Shown here: one piece after another, positions 9,038-16,080 of the stretch
Layout: the number at the start of each line of letters is the position of its first letter
How positions within the stretch are numbered: the first letter of the stretch is position 1
Assembly: GCA_964413325.1 (NCBI GenBank)
Contig: CAYPRK010000010.1
Coordinates: forward strand, 47,595 to 111,594
Direction of reading: 5' to 3'
DNA length: 64,000 nucleotides
From: an uncultured Novosphingobium sp.
GTDB taxonomy: Bacteria; Pseudomonadota; Alphaproteobacteria; Sphingomonadales; Sphingomonadaceae
Made by a program: the position numbers and the translations under genes
Notes under the pieces: generated by a model
Databases searched by the model: none
Seen by the model: the letters and a program-made list of their open reading frames with translations, nothing else
What the model was told of the DNA's origin: nothing

Positions 9038-10138
9038 CTACAACTTTTCGCCGGGCCGGCGTGCCGGACCCGTGCCGACCGGCTGGCCGTACACCAGCAG
9101 GGCAGTCTTGCGATTGACCGGGCTGTCGCAGGCTCCGCCCTGCACGGCCCGGTTGCGCCACAGCATGGCACCAGCGAGCCCGTCACGGCGGATCGCCTCA
9201 TGCACGAAGCGCGCATCGGCTTCGCTCGTCTCGGCCAGATCGAACAGGGCCAGCACGCGCCGCCCATCGATCGCGCCGCCTTCGCGCAACATTGCCATCT
9301 GGCGGGCATAGCTCTCGGGCAGACTGCCTTGCGCATTGCGCGCCCACAGCCAGATCGTGGTGTAATCGAACTGCGTGACCAGTTGGCGGGCGACCGGGCC
9401 GGTGATCCCGGTCCAGGTCTGGCTCGGCGCATCAAGCGGGTTGATCATCACGCCGGCCTTGCGGCCAGCGCCGTGGACCAGCGCGGCAAAGCGCAGCAGG
9501 AAATCGAGCGACTGCTCGGGCGTGCGCCCGTCACCCACTTCGTAGTCGAGGAACACGCCGGTTGCATTGGCCTGCAGGCGCTTGGCGGCGAGCACGCAAG
9601 TATCGTCCGCGCTCACGGGTCCGTTGTCCGGCTGGACCTGCTCGGCGACGAGCCTGATCCCGGCCTTGCGCGCCAGTGCCTCGCCTTTCGCATCAGCGCC
9701 GAGCAGCCGGGCAGTCTGCGCCAGCGTGCAGGCGTTGGCGCGCTCCACTGTGGTGAACGGCGAGCGCTGGCGGCGCAGCGCGCCCGACGCGGGCTGGAAA
9801 TTCGGCTTGCGCGGCAGCTGCCGGCCCGCGCGGTTGTAAAGCGGCGCGGTCGAGCGGTTGCCCCACTGGAAGTACCACAGACCGACCCCGCGCTGCGCGG
9901 ATGCGAGCTTGCCGAGTTGCATCGTGGCGGCGTCGGTCAGCGGATAATGACTGTAGCCTGCCTCGCCCATCTGCGGTGGCGGGGCTTGCTGGAAGACGCG
10001 GAACGGCGGGCGCGCAGGACGGCTTGCGGCAAAGCACGAGGCCCCGTCGCGGCTGCGAGCCGCAGCAGCGTGCTCGCCGCCCACCAGCGCCGCAAGCGCC
10101 GCGCAGGCGCTCCAGTAGCAGGCGCCCCGCAGGTTCAC
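9038..10138 (-). CDS. Secreted protein with GH18-like (beta/alpha)8 glycoside-hydrolase motifs (putative)
   Basis: Signal-peptide-like N-terminus. 'GVFLDYE' resembles GH18 DxDxE and 'GLAGAMLW' resembles the GH18 C-terminal GLGGxMxW strand. GTGA overlap with the upstream ABC gene. Confidence 0.5.
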   Translation of the reverse strand: MNLRGACYWSACAALAALVGGEHAAAARSRDGASCFAASRPARPPFRVFQQAPPPQMGEAGYSHYPLTDAATMQLGKLASAQRGVGLWYFQWGNRSTAPLYNRAGRQLPRKPNFQPASGALRRQRSPFTTVERANACTLAQTARLLGADAKGEALARKAGIRLVAEQVQPDNGPVSADDTCVLAAKRLQANATGVFLDYEVGDGRTPEQSLDFLLRFAALVHGAGRKAGVMINPLDAPSQTWTGITGPVARQLVTQFDYTTIWLWARNAQGSLPESYARQMAMLREGGAIDGRRVLALFDLAETSEADARFVHEAIRRDGLAGAMLWRNRAVQGGACDSPVNRKTALLVYGQPVGTGPARRPGEKL

Positions 10139-10875
10139 GCCGAAGTCGTGCCTTCCGCAAGCACCGCGTCCTGCGCAGCCGGTTGAACCGTTTCGCCTTC
10201 GGTCTGTGCGGCAGACACTGCAGCGGCCACCGGCGGCAGCGAGCTATCAAACGCGGCGAGCGCATCGGCGATGGTATCGTAGAACCGGGCGCCGCCCTTT
10301 GTCAGCACGATGCCGCAATCGCAGAGCTGCTCGGCCATGCGCGGCTGGCGCGTGGCGATGATCGTTCCGGCCTCGGCCGCACGCGCGGCATAGAGCCGGG
10401 TGCACAGCTCGCGCACTTCAGGCTGCGGCGGGCCGATCACGTTGTCGAACAGATAGCAATCGAAGGGCAGGGTATAAGTGAGCAGGTAGCTGAACGCGAT
10501 GCGCGTCTGGACCGAAAGCTCGCGCAATGGAAACTCGAGCTCGTCCTGCAACATGCAGACGTCGCTCAGGAATTCCACCACCTCATCCGGATCGGCGCCA
10601 TAGATGCGCGCGGCAAACATCGCGTTCTGGCGCATGGTGCTGGTCTGGCGGAAGCCGCGCTGGAAGCCGCCGGGGAACGACAGGCGTGCCCCGCGCTCGA
10701 TGCGGCCGCCCTGCGGCGTTTCGATGCCGGCGAGCAGGTTGAGCAGCGTGGTCTTGCCGCTGCCCGTGCCGCCGAGAATGGCGACGCGCCGGTCCGTCGG
10801 GATGACGAGGTCCAGCTCCGAAAAGATCGGCCGGCCCTTGGCGTAGGCGTGGCTCAGTCCGTCGACGCGGATCAT
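10135..10875 (-). CDS. kpsT: KpsT/BexA-like capsule ABC transporter nucleotide-binding subunit with degenerate catalytic motifs
   Basis: Collinear with KpsT (Walker A GGTGSGKTT, 'SFPGGF', 'ARIYG', 'FDCYLFD', 'LCDCGIVL', 'FYDTIADA'). Signature, Walker B Glu, D-loop and H-loop are altered. RBS AAGGAA precedes the ATG at 10875. Confidence 0.8.
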   Translation of the reverse strand: MIRVDGLSHAYAKGRPIFSELDLVIPTDRRVAILGGTGSGKTTLLNLLAGIETPQGGRIERGARLSFPGGFQRGFRQTSTMRQNAMFAARIYGADPDEVVEFLSDVCMLQDELEFPLRELSVQTRIAFSYLLTYTLPFDCYLFDNVIGPPQPEVRELCTRLYAARAAEAGTIIATRQPRMAEQLCDCGIVLTKGGARFYDTIADALAAFDSSLPPVAAAVSAAQTEGETVQPAAQDAVLAEGTTSA

Positions 10876-10879
10876 CGTA

Positions 10880-11737
10880 TCATTCCTTCTCTTCAAGATA
10901 ACGGCGCGTTCCCGCCTCGAACAGCAAACCGAGCGTGAACAGCACCAGCGCGACCATCAGCACGTAGAACTGGTCGGTCAGCGCCTGGGGGTAGAACGGG
11001 TAGAACGCCCGCCGGAACCAGTTCACCCCGTGCATCACCGGGTTGAGCCCGAAGAAGTAGCGGCTTGACGGCGTGAGGTAGGCAGCGACGAAATAAGGCC
11101 CGGAAAAGTGCAGCGAAGCGCGCGCGATGGCGGGCCACACCACGTCCCACACCGGCACGACGCGCGCGAGGACGGCGTTGAAGATGCCGGTCGCGAGGCC
11201 AAGCAGGAACAGCGTCGCCAACGCTTCAACGGCGGTCAGCGGATCGTAGGGGATCGCCGCTTCCACGCCGCCGAACCAGTAAAGGCCGAGGAAGAACAGC
11301 GCAGCGACGGCAGCGCTGCTGACGATGTGGATGACGGCGTGCACCATAAGGTGATCAAGCGGCCGTTCGATCGGAAACCGGTTGCGGTGCGCCAGCACGT
11401 TGAGCGGCTGCCGGATGCGCAGCGAGGTGTGGATGAACAGGTAGATCGGGAACACGCCGGTGCCGAGGAAAAGCAGCAGGCTGTGCCCGTAAGGCGGGGT
11501 GCGGCTGAGCGCGGAGAACAGCACCCCGATGGTCGCGACGATGACCAGCGGCTCCACGCCCGCCGCGATGTAGCCCAGCGCAAAGCTCTGCCCGTGGCGC
11601 GTCTCCGCCTCACGGTAGAGCAGCGCGGAAAAGACATTGTACTGGCTGCTGAGCGCCCGGCGCACCCCTTCCCAGGGCGAAGGTCCGCCCTGGGAAGCAG
11701 GCCTTCCTGCCATCGCGCCCGACGGAGGCGTCGTCAC
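10880..11737 (-). CDS. kpsM: KpsM/BexB capsule ABC transporter permease
   Basis: 'ALLYREAETRHG...LGYIAAGVEP', six hydrophobic segments, 'FGLNPVMHGVNWFRRAFYP'; lies between kpsE-like and kpsT-like genes. Confidence 0.85.
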   Translation of the reverse strand: MTTPPSGAMAGRPASQGGPSPWEGVRRALSSQYNVFSALLYREAETRHGQSFALGYIAAGVEPLVIVATIGVLFSALSRTPPYGHSLLLFLGTGVFPIYLFIHTSLRIRQPLNVLAHRNRFPIERPLDHLMVHAVIHIVSSAAVAALFFLGLYWFGGVEAAIPYDPLTAVEALATLFLLGLATGIFNAVLARVVPVWDVVWPAIARASLHFSGPYFVAAYLTPSSRYFFGLNPVMHGVNWFRRAFYPFYPQALTDQFYVLMVALVLFTLGLLFEAGTRRYLEEKE

Positions 11738-13170
11738 CGACCGTGCTCCATGACCGAATTGCTGACGAGCAGACCGATCAGCCAGATCATCCCGGCAATC
11801 ACCGCCAGCAGCATCAGTTCGGACAGACGGTCCGGACCGCTCGGGCTCTCGCCCACGCGCGGCTTGACATAAGTCGTCAGGTAAACCCGCTGCGCATCTG
11901 ACATCGCCTGCGAATTGCTGAGCGCGGCCTGCGCATTGGACAGCACGCTGAGCGAGGCCTGCAATTGCGCTGTCAGATCGGCGTAGCGGTTCGACTTCTC
12001 GGAATTGACGACATCGACCGAAGACGCCAGCGCGCGCTCGTTCGCGGCAAGCTGTTCGCGCAGCAGGCGGATCTGCGGCGCGTTGGGATTGTTGAGCTGC
12101 GCCATCAGCACCTGGATCTGCGCCTGAATCTGCGCGATGTTGGTGCGGGTGTTGGTCGAAAGATCACCATTCGCCTTGAAGACACCGAGCGATGGGGAAT
12201 CGATGCCCTTGTGCGAAGACGAAAGCGAGGCGATTTCGCGGCGCAGATCGGTCACCTGCTGGCTGGCGCGGCGCACCTGCTGCTCGGCAAAGCGGACGGT
12301 ATCCTGCTGCGATTGTTGCCCGATCTGGTTGACCAGATCGTTCGACTGCTGGAGCAGGGTGTTGGCGATCGCGTAGCTGTCCTGCGCGGTGTAGGCCTTC
12401 ACGCGGACCACGGCGAGACCGGTGGTCACGTCGTAATCCGAGAAGATCATGTTCTTCCAGTAGCGCGCGAGGCGCTCGGCGGAAGCACCATCGCCGACGC
12501 GCGAGAACGGATCGCCCGGCTTGTTATACATCGCCTTGAGGTTGACCTTCTTGTCGAGGTCAACGGCGGCCTGCTGGCTGCGCACGTAATCGGCAACGGT
12601 GAAGTTATCGAGCAAGTCGGTGCCCGGTGTCGGATTGCCGCCAAACAGCGCCGACAGCGAAGCGCCGCCCGAGGCGATCGACCCCGGCTGGCCTACCGGC
12701 ACGCGCACGCTGAAGCGGAACTCGGTGGTGTAGATGTCCGGCGCGAGCAGGAGGAGGTAGAACGCGCCAAGCACGACGGGAGCGACGAACGAGACGCCGA
12801 ACCAGATCCGCCGGCCCAGCGAGCGACGCGTGCGGCGGCGCGGCAGGGCCAGACCCGCGTTCGAGCCGCCATCCTGTGCGGGCAGCGCACCGGTCGATGC
12901 GGCAGTGCGCGTGAAGAACAGGCCCTTGCCGGAATCGTCCTGCGTGCCTGGTGTCACAGTAGCGGGATCGGCCTGCACGGCTTCCTCGCTCCAGAATTCG
13001 CGCGCCGAGCGCAGCGGTGGCGGGGCTTCGCCTCCGCGCGCCGCGCTGCGCGTGCGCGGCAGGCGAGCGGAGATTTCGCCGCGCGTCGCACCCGCTTCAC
13101 TATCAACCGCAGGCCCCGCCCCCGGCGTGCCTTCGCGTTCACCAACCATTGTCTCGGATTCCCCCAGCAT
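11734..13170 (-). CDS. kpsE: KpsE/BexC/CtrB polysaccharide co-polymerase of ABC-dependent capsule export
   Basis: N-terminal TM followed by 'APDIYTTEFRFSVR', 'VADYVRS', a coiled-coil region, 'QRVYLTTYVKP' and a C-terminal TM. About 100 aa of extra low-complexity N-terminus; start uncertain (13149, 13170 or 13209). Confidence 0.85.
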   Translation of the reverse strand: MLGESETMVGEREGTPGAGPAVDSEAGATRGEISARLPRTRSAARGGEAPPPLRSAREFWSEEAVQADPATVTPGTQDDSGKGLFFTRTAASTGALPAQDGGSNAGLALPRRRTRRSLGRRIWFGVSFVAPVVLGAFYLLLLAPDIYTTEFRFSVRVPVGQPGSIASGGASLSALFGGNPTPGTDLLDNFTVADYVRSQQAAVDLDKKVNLKAMYNKPGDPFSRVGDGASAERLARYWKNMIFSDYDVTTGLAVVRVKAYTAQDSYAIANTLLQQSNDLVNQIGQQSQQDTVRFAEQQVRRASQQVTDLRREIASLSSSHKGIDSPSLGVFKANGDLSTNTRTNIAQIQAQIQVLMAQLNNPNAPQIRLLREQLAANERALASSVDVVNSEKSNRYADLTAQLQASLSVLSNAQAALSNSQAMSDAQRVYLTTYVKPRVGESPSGPDRLSELMLLAVIAGMIWLIGLLVSNSVMEHGR

Positions 13171-13198
13171 AACTGTATCGCGCCCCCTTGCAGACGGC

Positions 13199-14449
13199 CT
13201 ACATGGCAATCGGCAGCGGCACTTCGTCCTTGCCGTTCAGCAGAAAGAGGTTGGGCGCCGGGCGCGGCTCGGGCCGCTCTGGCCGCTCGGTCGACCAATG
13301 CGACAGGCACGGGATCTTGCTCCGGTCACACCGGCCAGCGAATCGGCGGGCGATTTCGGAAACTTCCGCGGCCAGTCCTTCCCGCAGAAACGTCGGCTTG
13401 AGGCCAAGCTTCAGGAACGAATCGTTGCACACGTTGAGCTCGTTTTCGCTCGCTTCCACGCGCGGATTGGGCACGTGCTGGTAATCGACGCCGGTCATGT
13501 CAGCGATCATCCGCGCCAGATCGATCAGACGGTGCGTCTCGGTCATCTGATTCATGATCGCCACGCGCTCGCCCTTTGCGGGCGGATTGGCGATCGCGAG
13601 TTCGATGCAGCGCACGCTGTCGCGGATGTGGATGAAGGCACGGGTCTGCCCGCCGGTGCCGTGCACGGTCAGCGGGTAGTCGATCGCCGCCTGCATCAGG
13701 AAGCGATTGAGCACCGTGCCGTAGTCGCCGTCATAATCGAAACGGTTGATCAGGCGCGGATCGGCCGAAGTCTCGGCGGTCTGCGTGCCCCACACGATGC
13801 CCTGATGCAGATCGGTGATGCGGGTCTGGTAGTTGCGGTTGTAGTACCAGAAGAACAGCGCGTCCTGCGCCTTGGTCATGTGGTACACGCTGCCCGGGTG
13901 TGCCGGATAGAGCACTTCGATCTGCTGCTCGCCCGCGGGCGTATCGACGCGGACCGGAAGGTAGCCTTCGGGAATGGTCATCCCCGCCGTGCCATAACCA
14001 TAGACGCCCATCGTGCCGAGGTGGACGAGATGGATATCGAGACCGCTTTCGACGATCGCCGAGAGCACGTCATGAGTGCCGTTGAGATTGTTGCGCACGG
14101 TGTACCGGCGCTCGGCCGAACCCTTCATCGAGTACGGCGCGGCCCGCTGTTCGGCGAAGTGCACGATGGCCTTGGGGCGCTCGCGGCGGATCAGATCGAC
14201 GAGGGCATCGTAATCCTGCCCGATCGTCATCTTCTCGAAGCGGATCGTCCGACCACTGACTTCGCGCCACGCTTCGATCCGGACCTCGATCGGCCGGATG
14301 GGGGTCAGCGAATCAGCGCCCAGATCGACATCGATCTTACGGCGCGACAGATTGTCGACGATGACGACGTTATAGCCGATGTGCGAAAGGTGCAGCGCCG
14401 TCGGCCAGCCGCAAAACCCGTCGCCGCCCAGAATGATGACTGTTTCCAT
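13199..14449 (-). CDS. sqdB: UDP-sulfoquinovose synthase
   Basis: 'ILGGDGFCGWPTALHLS', 'HFAEQRAAPYSMK', 'HLVHLGTMGVYGY', 'PGSVYHMTK', 'TDLHQGIVWG', 'NRFDYDGDYGTVLNRF', 'GTGGQTRAFIHIRD' and 'NPRVEASEN' are characteristic SqdB/SQD1 sequences. Confidence 0.95.
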   Translation of the reverse strand: METVIILGGDGFCGWPTALHLSHIGYNVVIVDNLSRRKIDVDLGADSLTPIRPIEVRIEAWREVSGRTIRFEKMTIGQDYDALVDLIRRERPKAIVHFAEQRAAPYSMKGSAERRYTVRNNLNGTHDVLSAIVESGLDIHLVHLGTMGVYGYGTAGMTIPEGYLPVRVDTPAGEQQIEVLYPAHPGSVYHMTKAQDALFFWYYNRNYQTRITDLHQGIVWGTQTAETSADPRLINRFDYDGDYGTVLNRFLMQAAIDYPLTVHGTGGQTRAFIHIRDSVRCIELAIANPPAKGERVAIMNQMTETHRLIDLARMIADMTGVDYQHVPNPRVEASENELNVCNDSFLKLGLKPTFLREGLAAEVSEIARRFAGRCDRSKIPCLSHWSTERPERPEPRPAPNLFLLNGKDEVPLPIAM

Positions 14450-14506
14450 GATGCCACCCGATGCAGGAGGACGTGGCAGCCCCCCGCAGGGGCGCCACGC
14501 GGAAGA

Positions 14507-14857
14507 TCAGGCCATTGCCTGACGGTCGTGGCGGCGGACGACCCGAAGCCCTTCGAGCAGCGCGCCAAGGATCCAGCGCTGTTCGACAGGCGATGCACCA
14601 TCCTTGTAGTAGGCCAGCACTTCACGCACGGTGGTGGGGAAAGCGGCGGCAGCGGCACGCATGCGATGCGCCTCACCCTCGGTCATCAGATCGAACACGG
14701 CTTCGACTTCTTCGATCTCGGCAGTATCGAGCTGCACCAGAATCTCTTCCGGGAGCTGCAGATCATGCTTCTTAACCTTCCCAAGCACTTCGCGCGGACC
14801 ATTATCGGCCTGGCGAACGAGCTTGAGCGTGCGGGAATCGTCAATAAATAGAAGCAT
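14507..14857 (-). CDS. Hypothetical protein (~116 aa)
   Basis: Fills the gap upstream of sqdB on the same strand with normal composition; no recognised motif. Start set at MLLFIDD. Confidence 0.65.
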   Translation of the reverse strand: MLLFIDDSRTLKLVRQADNGPREVLGKVKKHDLQLPEEILVQLDTAEIEEVEAVFDLMTEGEAHRMRAAAAAFPTTVREVLAYYKDGASPVEQRWILGALLEGLRVVRRHDRQAMA

Positions 14858-14937
14858 TTGAAACAACCCCTTATATACAAACGCACACAATCGGACCGAC
14901 AACCTCTAAAAAGGCGTCGGAGCAAATCACCTCGCAA

Positions 14938-14961
14938 CTTGATGGCAAGAAAACCATCAAG
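14938..14961. promoter_or_regulatory. Perfect 8-bp inverted repeat with 8-nt spacer (candidate operator or hairpin)
   Basis: CTTGATGG-caagaaaa-CCATCAAG in the AT-rich gap upstream of the hypothetical-sqdB unit. Confidence 0.35.
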
Positions 14962-15091
14962 AATATTTCGTATTCAAGCCCGTGCGAATTTCATTTCCAT
15001 CAGATTCGATCTTGAAGTTAACCTATTTTGTTCAATAGGATAAACGCCTGTCGATGTCTGATCCTTCGCCCCTCCCGAAATCCATAATGAT

Positions 15092-16069
15092 TCATTGTGA
15101 CAGGGGTGCTACATCACCGTATGGGACCATTAACCTGTCGACAGCACGTTTGTTGCGCCGCCGAAACCATGCCCAGGTCTTGCGCAGACCTTCGGGAAGC
15201 GGTGTCGCGGGCTCGAATCCCAGCATTCCGCGGGCCCGCGAAATGTCGCACCAGGTCTCGACGATCTCGCCGCGGCGCGCTTCGCGATATTCCACCGTTA
15301 CCGGCAGCGGCGCGACGACCGTGCGGATCATGTCAATGAGATGGTTGACCGAAACCGGGACACCCGAACCAAGCTGGATCACGCTTGAAACGTCGCAATC
15401 GAGCGAGCGCAGGATGCCGTCGCACAAGTCCTCGACAAAGATGAAATCGCGCACCTGCGACCCGTCGCCATACACGATCAGAGGCCGGCCGCGCAGGATC
15501 TCCTTGTAGAAGCTGGCGACCACGCTGCCCTTGTGGAACGAGCGCGGGCCGTAGACATTGGCAAAGCGCAGCGAGAGCGAGCGCAGCCCGTAGCTGCCGC
15601 TCCACGCCGAGCAAAACCCCTCGACCGCCATCTTCGACGCGCCGTAGGGCGCCAGTGGCCGGGGCACGAGGTTTTCATGCACCGGCGGCGGCACATCGCC
15701 GATGATCGCACCGCCGGTCGAGGCATTGATCAGCCGCGGCACACCGCGCGCGCGCATCGCCTGCAGCAGGCGGAACGAACCGATCACATTGACGTCAAAG
15801 TTGTGCAGCGGATCGTTGATCGAATCGATCACGCGGGTATCTGCGGCGAGGTGGATCACCGCTTCGATCCCCTGCAGCGCGCTGTGCAGCGCGTCGCTGT
15901 CACGGATATCGCCGTGAATGAACTCGCCCTCGAAGTTGCCCAGATGCTCGCGCCGTCCTAGCACTTCGGAATCGAGCACACGCACGGTGTGCCCAGCCTT
16001 TTCTAGCCGCGGCACCAGATTGCTCCCCACGAAGCCGCAGCCGCCCGTTACCAGAATTCTCTTGCCCAT
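15092..16069 (-). CDS. NAD-dependent nucleotide-sugar epimerase/dehydratase (GalE/WcaG-like extended SDR)
   Basis: 'ILVTGGCGFVG', 'IHLAA', 'ASTGGAIIG', YGASK, 'LRFANVYGP', 'RDFIFVED'. An alternative GTG start at 16084 overlaps the glycosyltransferase stop. Confidence 0.9.
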   Translation of the reverse strand: MGKRILVTGGCGFVGSNLVPRLEKAGHTVRVLDSEVLGRREHLGNFEGEFIHGDIRDSDALHSALQGIEAVIHLAADTRVIDSINDPLHNFDVNVIGSFRLLQAMRARGVPRLINASTGGAIIGDVPPPVHENLVPRPLAPYGASKMAVEGFCSAWSGSYGLRSLSLRFANVYGPRSFHKGSVVASFYKEILRGRPLIVYGDGSQVRDFIFVEDLCDGILRSLDCDVSSVIQLGSGVPVSVNHLIDMIRTVVAPLPVTVEYREARRGEIVETWCDISRARGMLGFEPATPLPEGLRKTWAWFRRRNKRAVDRLMVPYGDVAPLSQ

Positions 16070-16080
16070 CGATTGCCCCA

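Noticed and set aside
14938-14961. FNR/FixK box (TTGAT...ATCAA)
   Set aside because: The spacer is 12 nt rather than the required 4 nt.
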